Positions 8,123 to 15,539 of a DNA stretch of 41,391 bases are shown piece by piece. The position numbers were made by a program, and so were the translations under genes. Each line of letters starts with the position of its first letter. The first letter of the stretch is position 1. This stretch comes from Nanobdellota archaeon (GTDB lineage: Archaea > Nanobdellota > Nanobdellia > Woesearchaeales > JAHJEM01). The stretch covers positions 1 to 41,391 of the forward strand of contig JBDRLR010000076.1 in assembly GCA_043812855.1 (NCBI GenBank). Reading direction: 5' to 3'. The notes beneath the pieces were generated by a model. The model was not told where the DNA came from. It worked only from the letters and a program-made list of their open reading frames with translations, and ran no database searches.

Positions 8123-8547
8123 CACATCTCCTTCTCAAGCTTCTCGATCTCGGCATAGATGTGATCGATCTCAGGAACGAAATCCTTCTCCTCCTCATGG
8201 ATCTTGCCGAACTTCTTCTCCAAGATCTCGACGTGCTGCTCAATCTGGTCGGCGAGCTGCTTGAGCTCATCCTCCTGATGCAACTCGATGGAGAGGAGCT
8301 TGAGAAGGTTGCGCTGATTACTCTGCATCTCCTTGATCGTGTGCGAGAAGAAGGAGAAGTAATTCTGCTTGAGCATGTCCAACTGGTCCGGAGGGAATTC
8401 GTAGACCGCCTTGAGATTGGCGAAGAGGAGATTGAAGCGATGCTGGAAGTCCTTGAGACGCTTGGCGTTTATCAGCAGAGTCTGCTTCATCAACTTGATA
8501 CGCTGCTCCTGATTCGCGTGCTTCTGGTCATGATGAAAGAGAGCCAT
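8122..8547 (-). CDS. helical protein, possibly hemerythrin/HHE-like four-helix bundle
   Basis: Trimmed to ATG 8547 (M50 of ORF 8122-8694), 26 nt downstream of the TATA at 8569-8577. All-helical and charged. KIHEEEKDFVPEI resembles the H-x-x-x-E-E..F-P HHE motif. The functional call is weak. Confidence 0.55.
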   Translation of the reverse strand: MALFHHDQKHANQEQRIKLMKQTLLINAKRLKDFQHRFNLLFANLKAVYEFPPDQLDMLKQNYFSFFSHTIKEMQSNQRNLLKLLSIELHQEDELKQLADQIEQHVEILEKKFGKIHEEEKDFVPEIDHIYAEIEKLEKEM

Positions 8548-8568
8548 GGAATCATCCACACGAACTCG

Positions 8569-8577
8569 ATATAAAAA
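8569..8577 (-). promoter_or_regulatory. TATA box for helical-protein/DUF167 operon
   Basis: TTTTTATAT (minus sense) is centred ~26 nt upstream of ATG 8547. Confidence 0.5.
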
Positions 8578-8585
8578 GTTTGTGC

Positions 8586-8761
8586 TCGCCGCGTGCTTAC
8601 GGCGAATCGCTGGCAAGATACAGCGACATGAGCGTCGGGGGTTGCCCCTTCGGCCAACCGCCATAACGGTTGACGAAGTTCGCAAATGTTCCATTTGTCG
8701 AACCTACGGGGTGATGCGCACGCCAAAGGACACCTGGAACCGCGATGAGAGCACGCGGCGA
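8586..8761. ncRNA. candidate structured RNA / element closed by a perfect 12-bp stem (family unknown)
   Basis: TCGCCGCGTGCT (8586-8597) pairs with AGCACGCGGCGA (8750-8761). Internal hairpins are GGGG-GTTG-CCCC, CAACCG-CCATAA-CGGTTG and GTTCGCAAATG-TTC-CATTTGTCGAAC. It fills the gap between the TFS stop (8762) and the next TATA exactly. Confidence 0.35.
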
Positions 8762-9073
8762 TCAGCTATAATCACGCCAGGTATGCGTGCACTTGACGCA
8801 TTTTAGGAATTTCGTCTCGGGCTCATCACCCGCGCGGGTCTGCACCAGCCAATAATACGCCTTGTCATGCTTGCACTTCGGACACTCAACATCCGCGATG
8901 GGCAAGGTCTTCTCGTCCGCATCGACAACCTCGACATCCTCACTCTTGGACTTGACAGACTCCTTGATGCTGATCGGAGTCGCATTCTTATCAGTATAGC
9001 CGCAGCTGCAACCCATGCCCTTGGCGCCCGGCTGAGGGCGAAGGAGCGCACCGCACTTGGGACAGAACATCAT
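8762..9073 (-). CDS. tfs: transcription factor S (TFS / RpoM, TFIIS-like)
   Basis: N-terminal zinc ribbon CPKCG..CSCG. C-terminal CPKCKHDKAYYWLVQTRAGDEPETKFLKCVKCTHTWRDY. Confidence 0.9.
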   Translation of the reverse strand: MMFCPKCGALLRPQPGAKGMGCSCGYTDKNATPISIKESVKSKSEDVEVVDADEKTLPIADVECPKCKHDKAYYWLVQTRAGDEPETKFLKCVKCTHTWRDYS

Positions 9074-9094
9074 GGGCTGTCAGAGTCAGGAACC

Positions 9095-9104
9095 CTTTAA
9101 AAAG
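9095..9104 (-). promoter_or_regulatory. TATA box for tfs
   Basis: CTTTTTAAAG (minus sense) is centred ~27 nt upstream of ATG 9073. Confidence 0.5.
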
Positions 9105-9130
9105 TTAACCTTGGGGATCTGCCGCTACTG

Positions 9131-9250
9131 CGTTCCCTTCCTTATGGGTGAGCGCCAACCCGATCAGAAGCACGCTGACAAGGGGGTTGTCCCAGTCGGG
9201 GATATGTCAGCCGATCGCACGTTCTACAAGCGGCGAACAGGAAGGGAACG
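9131..9250. ncRNA. candidate structured RNA / element closed by a perfect 12-bp stem (family unknown)
   Basis: CGTTCCCTTCCT (9131-9142) pairs with AGGAAGGGAACG (9239-9250). An internal CTGACA...TGTCAG stem encloses GGGGGTTGTCCC. It occupies the gap between the signal-peptidase stop (9251) and the tfs TATA. Confidence 0.3.
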
Positions 9251-9961
9251 TCACGAAATGCCGAACAGAGGGCGCAGGACGTAGTCCGTCGCCCAGATCT
9301 TGATGTAGCCGACGAAACGGATACGGAACGCCGCACGGCCAATGACGCTGTCCTTTCCCACCGCCTCCTCGTTGAGGATCGCGGAACCCTGATCGAACTC
9401 AGAGATCATGTTCATGTTGTTGTCTCCCTTCGTCTGAAAGAAGGGTTGGGTCTGCGTCGGGAGCCTGACGACCCGATGGATGATCGGGTAGGGCTTTCTG
9501 GCCTGAAAGACGATGACGTCTCCGAGTTTGACTTGGTCCGGCTTGACGCCGAAGAGGACGATGATGTCCCCCTTGTCGAAGCCGTTGCGGAACGGGAAGG
9601 TCTGGAACGTATCAATATTGATGTCCTTGTCGATGTACCACTCCTGCTGCGTGCACTGACAGCTGATGGAGCAGCCTGGAGGGCCGCAGTATGCTGGGCT
9701 GGTCCACCACTGCTCGAAGGAGCCATGATGCTCCATGCTGCCGCTGACGACAGCCACGATCGGGTGCGAGGTGCCCATGATGGCGCCAAGGCCAGGATAG
9801 ACAAGGAATTTGATGACGACGAAGGCGAGGACGAAGTTGACGATCCAGCTGAGAAGAGAATCCTCATACCACAGGAAGTACCACGACCGCTTGGCGTAGC
9901 GGAGGACTGGATTCCTGTCCGAGGCTTCCTTGAGCGCACTGTGCCTGTCTTTCTTCGCCAT
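9251..9961 (-). CDS. signal peptidase I, archaeal/ER Sec11 type (S26B)
   Basis: Catalytic boxes VVSGSMEH, IIHRVV and TKGDNN. N-terminal TM. A Cys-rich insert (AYCGPPGCSISCQC). ATG 9961 is preferred over TTG 9964. TATA lies at 9985-9993. Confidence 0.85.
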   Translation of the reverse strand: MAKKDRHSALKEASDRNPVLRYAKRSWYFLWYEDSLLSWIVNFVLAFVVIKFLVYPGLGAIMGTSHPIVAVVSGSMEHHGSFEQWWTSPAYCGPPGCSISCQCTQQEWYIDKDINIDTFQTFPFRNGFDKGDIIVLFGVKPDQVKLGDVIVFQARKPYPIIHRVVRLPTQTQPFFQTKGDNNMNMISEFDQGSAILNEEAVGKDSVIGRAAFRIRFVGYIKIWATDYVLRPLFGIS

Positions 9962-9984
9962 CAACGAGCAGGTCCCTAGGCTGC

Positions 9985-9993
9985 ATTAAAAAG
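9985..9993 (-). promoter_or_regulatory. TATA box for signal peptidase gene
   Basis: CTTTTTAAT (minus sense) lies ~26-28 nt upstream of ATG 9961. Confidence 0.45.
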
Positions 9994-10009
9994 ATTGTGG
10001 CGCTAAACA

Positions 10010-10017
10010 TTTATAAG
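10010..10017 (+). promoter_or_regulatory. TATA box for NMD3 gene
   Basis: TTTATAAG is centred ~26 nt upstream of ATG 10039. Confidence 0.5.
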
Positions 10018-10038
10018 TCCACCCCTCGACCGGTATAC

Positions 10039-10944
10039 ATGGACTTCTGCGCGAAATGCGGAACGAGCATTGACTGCGGCGCCCTGTGCGCAGGCTGCTC
10101 AACGGTCAAAGCAGACACCAAGAAGCTGTCGATGAGCCTCTGCGACTGCGGACGGTACTGGAACGGCACCCGCTGGCTACCCTACACAGACCTGCACGCC
10201 ATCGCACGCAGCGCCGCCAAGAAGGCAGGAGCAGTCGCGCCTTCGATCAGTTCGCACGACAAGGAAGAACTCCACCTCCACGACGCCAGCAACAACGAAT
10301 ACCACCTCACCATCAAGAGCGTCGAATGCGAGATCTGCCACCGCAAGAAAAGCGGATACTTCCAAGGCATCCTGCAACTGCGCTGCGACAACCAAGACAT
10401 CTTGCTGTCTGTGCTCGACTTCATCGGCAACCGCCTCAAAGACTCCAAAGCATTCATCGCCAAGATCGAAGAGCACAAGGCAGGCATCGATCTGTACGTG
10501 AGCGACAACCACTATTTCCTAGGCCTGACCAAGAAACTGCAGAACCATTTCGGCGGCACTATCACGCAATCGCCGCAGATCTTCACCCGCGACAAGATGA
10601 CGAGCAAAGACGTGTACCGCGTCAACACCCTCATCCGTCTGCCCTCCTGCTCCGTCGGCGACGCCATCGTCAAGGACGGCAACGTCTACGTCATCATCAA
10701 GCACGGAAAACGCATCGTCGCGCGCGATCTTGGCAGCGGAAAACAAGCCATGCTCGACTATCGAGACACGATGACCGTTCTCAAGAAACACATCACGACT
10801 GCCTCAGTGGTGCATCCGCGCCTCGAAGCGATCCACCCTGCGACTTTTCAGTCCGAACCCATCCTCAACACACATAGGAAAAGCTATGTCCAAGGGCAGG
10901 AAATCACCATCGTGATATCTAGTGGAATGTATATCATTGAATGA
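10039..10944 (+). CDS. NMD3-family protein (ribosomal large-subunit biogenesis factor homologue)
   Basis: Cys clusters FCAKCG..CAGC, CDCGRYW, and CEICHRKKSGYFQGILQLR. Start at M15 of ORF 9997-10944 from TATA spacing. Confidence 0.8.
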   Translation: MDFCAKCGTSIDCGALCAGCSTVKADTKKLSMSLCDCGRYWNGTRWLPYTDLHAIARSAAKKAGAVAPSISSHDKEELHLHDASNNEYHLTIKSVECEICHRKKSGYFQGILQLRCDNQDILLSVLDFIGNRLKDSKAFIAKIEEHKAGIDLYVSDNHYFLGLTKKLQNHFGGTITQSPQIFTRDKMTSKDVYRVNTLIRLPSCSVGDAIVKDGNVYVIIKHGKRIVARDLGSGKQAMLDYRDTMTVLKKHITTASVVHPRLEAIHPATFQSEPILNTHRKSYVQGQEITIVISSGMYIIE

Positions 10945-10990
10945 TTGTTTTGCAAAATCTATTCTTTCTCGACGACAAAAAGACACAACC

Positions 10991-11000
10991 TTTATATAAA
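10991..11000 (+). promoter_or_regulatory. TATA box for prs
   Basis: TTTATATAAA lies ~45 nt upstream of ATG 11040, giving a short leader. Confidence 0.4.
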
Positions 11001-11039
11001 GCCTCATGTTCAGCACACCACAACCATGCGGGGAACACC

Positions 11040-12281
11040 ATGAACCTGGGAAAACAGGACGACTACTTCATCACCCCTGACAGCTATCGAAAAGAACACC
11101 AAAGCCAATCACTGCGCGGACCCATGATGCTCCTCTCCACGCGCAGCGGCCAATACATGACTGGGCAACTCGAGGAGAACTACAACCGTCTCCTTGCGGC
11201 GGCAGGCAGCCAGAGACGAGGCATCAAACAGAGTCCTGTTGCGATAAGCACGTTCGCCGTCGGCGAGATCAACATCGACGACATCGCGGAAAGCCCAGGA
11301 GGACGCGACGTCTACGTCCTGGACTCCACCATCGACCACACCAGCACCGTCAAGATACCCCAAGCGGGTCTTGACGCCCTCGCTTACCTCAAAGGCGACC
11401 CGGCCTGCAGAAGCCATGCCGAGACCCTCGAAGGACTGCTGCATACCTATGTGCGGTCAAGCGAGCGCAGCGTCAACGATAACTGGATGGAACTCAAACT
11501 GCTCTGCGAAGCCGCACGCGACCACGGCGCACGATACATCACCGCGATCATCCCGTGCTTCCCCTACGCGAGACAAGACAAGGAGGACGACGACAAGAGG
11601 CAGCCCATCTCCGTAGAGGTCATGGTCGACGAGCTCAAACGCATCCACGTCACCGACGTCATCACGTATGATATCCACAACCCCGCGCTGCGCGGCATCT
11701 TCAAACCTATCCACCTGCACAGCATCTCACCGCTGCTGCTGTGGGTCAACCACTACCGAGAATACCACGGCAGGACTGATGTCATCGCCGTCGCGCCCGA
11801 CCACGGCGCCTCCAAGAAGACTGAGAAGTTCGCTGAGTACCTAGGCAACATATCCGTCGCCAAGGCGACCAAATTGCGCCCGCGACAGAACGAGGCAGTC
11901 ATCACGGACATCCAAGGCAACTTCGAAGGAAAGAAGCGCGCCATCATCTTCGACGACATCGTCGACACCGGCGGCACCATCGTGAGCCTCGTGAAGAAGA
12001 TGATGACCGACTACCCCTGGCTCGAAGAAGTCCACCTCGCCTGCACCCACGCCATCCTGAGCGGAAACGCGTTGGATCGTATCCACGAACTGCGTGAGAA
12101 GTACCGCCTGGCATCCTTCGTGTGGACCGACTCCGTCCCGCAACCTTCCGAAGTGCTCGCCATGCAAGCAGAAGGATTCGGACACGAGATCAAGCTGGGA
12201 CCGAGCCTCGCCGTCATCGTCAACCGCATCCACTACGACAAATCAGTCAAAGAAGCCACGCGACCAGGCCTTATCATCTAG
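11040..12281 (+). CDS. prs: ribose-phosphate pyrophosphokinase (PRPP synthetase) with an N-domain insertion
   Basis: ITAIIPCFPYARQDK, TYDIHNPALRGIF, and the PRPP loop AIIFDDIVDTGGTIV. It carries ~35-40 extra residues (KIPQAGLDALAYLKGDPACRSHAETLEGLL..) relative to the classical layout. Start at M34 of ORF 10941-12281. Confidence 0.85.
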   Translation: MNLGKQDDYFITPDSYRKEHQSQSLRGPMMLLSTRSGQYMTGQLEENYNRLLAAAGSQRRGIKQSPVAISTFAVGEINIDDIAESPGGRDVYVLDSTIDHTSTVKIPQAGLDALAYLKGDPACRSHAETLEGLLHTYVRSSERSVNDNWMELKLLCEAARDHGARYITAIIPCFPYARQDKEDDDKRQPISVEVMVDELKRIHVTDVITYDIHNPALRGIFKPIHLHSISPLLLWVNHYREYHGRTDVIAVAPDHGASKKTEKFAEYLGNISVAKATKLRPRQNEAVITDIQGNFEGKKRAIIFDDIVDTGGTIVSLVKKMMTDYPWLEEVHLACTHAILSGNALDRIHELREKYRLASFVWTDSVPQPSEVLAMQAEGFGHEIKLGPSLAVIVNRIHYDKSVKEATRPGLII

Positions 12282-12592
12282 TGCCGCTTGCGCTTTCTTC
12301 TCACCTTGGCCAGAACGGGAGCGGACACGTCCACCAGCAAGGCCGCCACGATGTACCACACCACAAGATCAACGAGGACGTTGAACAGATGCGCGCCGCC
12401 GCACACCTGATCCTTCTCGCAGGAACTGTACTGCGTATAATACGGAAGCGGGATTCCCTGATCGACGAACCTGCGTCCGTCATCCGCATCATGCTCGATA
12501 CGCACCGTGGCGACGAAGATAACCATCAGAAAGAATGTCATGACCGCCTTGATGAGGCTTGGACGATACCAAGACGGTGTGATGATACTCAT
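12278..12592 (-). CDS. small membrane protein (two TM helices), hypothetical
   Basis: Its ATG overlaps the helicase stop (ATGA at 12592-12589), implying translational coupling. TM helices: AVMTFFLMVIFVATV and VLVDLVVWYIVAALLV. Confidence 0.6.
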   Translation of the reverse strand: MSIITPSWYRPSLIKAVMTFFLMVIFVATVRIEHDADDGRRFVDQGIPLPYYTQYSSCEKDQVCGGAHLFNVLVDLVVWYIVAALLVDVSAPVLAKVRRKRKRH

Positions 12593-14142
12593 GCGAAATC
12601 ACCCAGACCGCTCTGACCCGACCGACGCGGCGCTCCATCATCCTTCGGCTCGCCGACCTGGCCCTTGAGACCTTGAGCCACCTTCGGCCCGACGAGGCGC
12701 GCAAGGGTCGTGATTGGGGCTTTCTTCATATCACCTACATCCTTGATGCCAGATTCATAAAGTTTTCGGGCACGCACACGACCAACCCCTTTCAGACGCA
12801 GAAGGGCAAGGAGCTCATCGCGCACACCGTACTTGAGACGCAGCCGCAGACGCGCGATGACACTGATGTGACGCTTGAGGCCGAGCATCCTTGAGAGCTC
12901 CTCGGCGCAGAACAGGATCCAATCCGCGATGTCAAGCTTCGCATGGATCTCTCCAGGCCTGATCGCGAAGGTCTCCATCAAGTACTCCTCATCACGCTCG
13001 TCGATCCAATCATCGAGGAAGAGGGACGTCTTGAAGCTCTGCAGGAACTCCTCGAAATCATCACCATACTGCGACGGCTCAGGCTCAAGCAACTCATCCT
13101 GTCTCTGCGCGAGCCTGGAGATGATCGTGTCGTACTCCCTGACGCCGACATTCAGATAGGGTCTGAGCTCAAGACAGCGACAGGTCAGGAACAGCAAACC
13201 GAACGCGCTCGGCGACTTGGCATCCTTGAGCGACCCGATAAGATACGAAGCAGAGAATGGATCCACATACAGCTCAGAGACTCGCTTGCCGACAGGAGTG
13301 GCACTGAGGGCATCATCGAGATACTTGTCCGCCGACTGGAAATCATCCTTGAGATACTCGATGAACCCCCACTCGAAGAGGAGGTTGAGCATCCTGTCGA
13401 TCGTCTGGTGCAAGACGCGCACATCCTGGAACTGCGCGGCGTAGAATGTCGCATCGAAGAACTCGAAGAGGCTCTTGCGCGTCGCGACGAAACCCGATGC
13501 GATCAGGCTCAGCACATAGGTGCGCAAGACCGGCTCGACGGCAAGCTTGGAATAGATCTCCTCAGGAGAACCACGCAGGAACTTATCGATTATCAATTCC
13601 TTCTGATCCTGCGACTTGGCGATGCAGATCGCCTCGCCGAAGGATTCCTTGCCTGGACGGCCTGCCCTTCCGGCCATCTGCTCATACTCTAAGACTGCGA
13701 TGTCCGTCATGCCTCTTTGCCCGTAGCGCTTGAGATCACGGATGATTGTGCGGAATGCAGGCATGTCCAGGCCTTGGGCGAGGGTCGGCGTGGCGCAGAT
13801 CGCCCAGATATGCCCTGCTCTGAATCCCTCCTCGACAATCTCGCGCTGGGCATGATGCAGGCCAGCATGATGGAACGCCATGCCATGACGGACGCATAAG
13901 GCAAGACGGTGGCACTGCTTCGTCGGCGAGCTCAAGGCGGCGAGCACGCGCTCAGCCATGCCATCAAGATCCCTTCTCGGCGGCAACTTATGCGCGATCT
14001 GCTCCGCCTGCGACTCCGCGCCACGCTTGGAATTGACGAAGACGAGGGCCTGCTTCTTCTTCTCTATGGTGTCAAGAATGATATTGATGACGGGATCAGA
14101 TGTCCCTTGAGAAATGACGATCTCCTTTCGCTTACCGGCCAC
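12589..14142 (-). CDS. Hel308/Ski2-like helicase, C-terminal part only (RecA2, winged helix, ratchet, HhH); RecA1 half absent
   Basis: Motifs IV-VI: ALVFVNSKRG, ATPTLAQGLDMPA, QMAGRAGRPG. C-terminal HhH: LLRLKGVGRVRARKLYESGI. No Walker A or DEAH anywhere upstream. The GTG start at 14142 sits 25 nt downstream of TATA 14163-14172. Confidence 0.85.
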   Translation of the reverse strand: MAGKRKEIVISQGTSDPVINIILDTIEKKKQALVFVNSKRGAESQAEQIAHKLPPRRDLDGMAERVLAALSSPTKQCHRLALCVRHGMAFHHAGLHHAQREIVEEGFRAGHIWAICATPTLAQGLDMPAFRTIIRDLKRYGQRGMTDIAVLEYEQMAGRAGRPGKESFGEAICIAKSQDQKELIIDKFLRGSPEEIYSKLAVEPVLRTYVLSLIASGFVATRKSLFEFFDATFYAAQFQDVRVLHQTIDRMLNLLFEWGFIEYLKDDFQSADKYLDDALSATPVGKRVSELYVDPFSASYLIGSLKDAKSPSAFGLLFLTCRCLELRPYLNVGVREYDTIISRLAQRQDELLEPEPSQYGDDFEEFLQSFKTSLFLDDWIDERDEEYLMETFAIRPGEIHAKLDIADWILFCAEELSRMLGLKRHISVIARLRLRLKYGVRDELLALLRLKGVGRVRARKLYESGIKDVGDMKKAPITTLARLVGPKVAQGLKGQVGEPKDDGAPRRSGQSGLGDFA

Positions 14143-14162
14143 GGGAACGATGAGGCCTGTGA

Positions 14163-14172
14163 CCTTTATATT
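14163..14172 (-). promoter_or_regulatory. TATA box for the helicase fragment
   Basis: AATATAAAGG (minus sense) is centred ~25 nt upstream of GTG 14142. Confidence 0.45.
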
Positions 14173-14212
14173 GCTTTGGTGGGGATGAGCACTGGTCAGG
14201 TGGTGGTGAGGC

Positions 14213-14220
14213 TTAAGTAT
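14213..14220 (+). promoter_or_regulatory. TATA-like box for LAGLIDADG gene
   Basis: TTAAGTAT is centred ~26 nt upstream of ATG 14242. Confidence 0.4.
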
Positions 14221-14241
14221 GAGTTCTCTCTGCCTTGATTC

Positions 14242-14907
14242 ATGCTGAAAACGCCTAGTTTGCGCTCAGTATTGCTTGCCGAAGAAACCGGGCTTCATGT
14301 GGGAGACGGCAGCATGAACTACTATGGTGGAAAAGGGCTCTACCAACTCAGAGGGCATATCCTGAACGACAAGGAACATTACATCCTGCACATTCGTGCT
14401 CTGTACTATGAGCTTTATGGCATCCGAGTCAACATCAGAGATATGCCTTCGACCGGAGTCGTCGGTTTCCAGCTGTGGTCCAATGCCCTCATTTCCTTCA
14501 AGCATGAAACAGTAGGTCTTCCTCTTGGGAAGAAGACAAACGTAAATATACCTGGCTTCATAGATACTGAAGCCCTCTTCTTCGCTTTCTTGCGGGGACT
14601 ATTCGACACCGATGGAAGCATATGGTTCGAGAAGAAGAAATCAGGGACTTATCCCAGGATAGAAATCAGCACTGTATCCGCAAACCTTGCTGAGGATATC
14701 CATGCGCGTCTCGTGGCTTTTGGGTTCAAATCGACACTCTCCAGGTATATACGACCTGAAGAACGGTGGAATGACCTCTATTCTGTGACCCTGCGCGGAT
14801 TCGAGCAAGTTCAATTCTGGTCGTCAAAAATCGATTCAAACAATCCTGATAAACTCAGAAAAATCAGGATAGCTGTAGCACGAAGCGAAAAGATGAGCCC
14901 GCCGTGA
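14242..14907 (+). CDS. free-standing double-motif LAGLIDADG homing endonuclease
   Basis: Two LAGLIDADG motifs: LLAEETGLHVGDGSM and FFAFLRGLFDTDGSI. G+C is ~47% in two sampled 60-nt lines versus ~60% in neighbours. The last 14 nt overlap the 3' end of tRNA-Ile on the other strand. Confidence 0.8.
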   Translation: MLKTPSLRSVLLAEETGLHVGDGSMNYYGGKGLYQLRGHILNDKEHYILHIRALYYELYGIRVNIRDMPSTGVVGFQLWSNALISFKHETVGLPLGKKTNVNIPGFIDTEALFFAFLRGLFDTDGSIWFEKKKSGTYPRIEISTVSANLAEDIHARLVAFGFKSTLSRYIRPEERWNDLYSVTLRGFEQVQFWSSKIDSNNPDKLRKIRIAVARSEKMSPP

Positions 14908-14993
14908 TTCGAACACGGGACCTCCCGATCTCCATCGCCAAAACAGCACTTGGCATATCAGTCGGGTGCTCCACCAGGCTAAGCTACGGGCTC
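14894..14993 (-). tRNA. tRNA-Ile(GAU) with a 26-nt intron at the canonical 37/38 position
   Basis: Manual cloverleaf: acceptor GAGCCCG/CGGGCUC, D-stem GCUU/GAGC, anticodon stem CCCGA/UCGGG, loop CU-GAU-A, intron UGCCAAGUGCUGUUUUGGCGAUGGAG, T-arm CCGUG-UUCGAAU-CACGG, discriminator A. No encoded CCA. Confidence 0.85.
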
Positions 14994-14996
14994 ATG

Positions 14997-15068
14997 CGTC
15001 CCCGACCGGATTTGAACCGGTGACCTTGCGGTTAACAGCCGCACGCTCTACCGCTAAGCTACGGGGAC
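14997..15068 (-). tRNA. tRNA-Asn(GUU)
   Basis: Manual cloverleaf: acceptor GUCCCCG/CGGGGAC, anticodon arm UGCGG-CUGUUAA-CCGCA, T-arm ACCGG-UUCAAAU-CCGGU. It lies 3 nt upstream of tRNA-Ile. Confidence 0.9.
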
Positions 15069-15092
15069 ATGGGTCGCAGAATCGATGGGCGC

Positions 15093-15100
15093 TTTATAAA
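15093..15100 (-). promoter_or_regulatory. TATA box for tRNA-Asn/tRNA-Ile transcript
   Basis: Palindromic TTTATAAA lies 25 nt upstream of the tRNA-Asn 5' end (15068). Confidence 0.55.
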
Positions 15101-15180
15101 TTTTGCCCGGTCCGGATGGCGTTAAACGCGCTTGTTCGCCTGTCTTTGAGTCTGGGCAGTGCGGCGGCGAAAGGCATAAA

Positions 15181-15302
15181 TACTTACTATGTAGGTACTT
15201 ACATTGTAGGATATCATGCCTTTTCCGGTCCGGAAAACTTATAAAGCGATACCTACGGTGTAAGTGGTAGTTTAGCGACAACAGATACTGACATTGTATG
15301 GT
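15181..15302. promoter_or_regulatory. four imperfect copies of the 17-bp palindrome TACTTACA-n-TGTAAGTA around the HTH1 promoter (putative operators)
   Basis: Copies: 15181-15197 TACTTACTATGTAGGTA; 15196-15212 TACTTACATTGTAGGAT; 15250-15266 TACCTACGGTGTAAGTG; 15286-15302 TACTGACATTGTATGGT. They flank TATA 15238-15246 and cover the start codon. A perfect copy lies at 26194-26214. Confidence 0.45.
15238..15246 (+). promoter_or_regulatory. TATA box for HTH1/giant-protein operon
   Basis: CTTATAAAG. The predicted TSS is near 15270, upstream of the GGTGG SD-like element and GTG 15309. Confidence 0.45.
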
Positions 15303-15308
15303 GGGTTG

Positions 15309-15539
15309 GTGAGTACGGCGAAACGCAAGGAACCAAAAGGGATCACGATAGGCGACAGCATCGAGGTGCCAAGCTCCATCTTCCGCGACCGACGCGCGTG
15401 CGTGCTCGAGAGCGTCGTGTACTATCTCAAAGAGACCAAAGGACTGACGTTCCATCAGATCGCCGTGCTGCTCAACCGGGACGACCGCACCATCTGGACC
15501 GCATACACCCGCACCGTGAAGAAGCGGAGGCGACGATGA
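15309..15539 (+). CDS. small helix-turn-helix DNA-binding protein (HTH1; sigma-70 region 4 / LuxR-like HTH)
   Basis: LESVVYYLKETKGLTFHQIAVLLNRDDRTIWTAYTRTVKKRRRR. Paralogue of 25971-26195. GTG 15309 aligns with the paralogue's N-terminus (STAKRK vs MSKKRA); TTG 15294 is an alternative start. The stop overlaps the giant gene's ATG. Confidence 0.7.
   Translation: MSTAKRKEPKGITIGDSIEVPSSIFRDRRACVLESVVYYLKETKGLTFHQIAVLLNRDDRTIWTAYTRTVKKRRRR

Noticed and set aside
14100-14142. Split intein at the helicase break point.
   Set aside because: The N-terminus (MAGKRKEIVISQG) has no Int-C features such as a terminal HN followed by Cys/Ser/Thr. The adjacent LAGLIDADG gene is on the opposite strand and free-standing.
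14966-15244. 92-aa plus-strand ORF and 133-aa minus-strand ORF (15054-15455) across the tRNA/promoter region.
   Set aside because: They overlap two confidently folded tRNA genes, a TATA box and the operator array. They have no protein-like features.
15398-15535. Upstream extensions of track ORFs: the giant gene from 15398, 24484, 10941, 9997, 8694, 7374, 6965, 4350, 2161 and 36372.
   Set aside because: The extensions overlap the preceding gene or lie upstream of the TATA box. Their sequence is not protein-like. Internal ATGs have SD sites, ATGA overlaps or the 26-nt TATA spacing.
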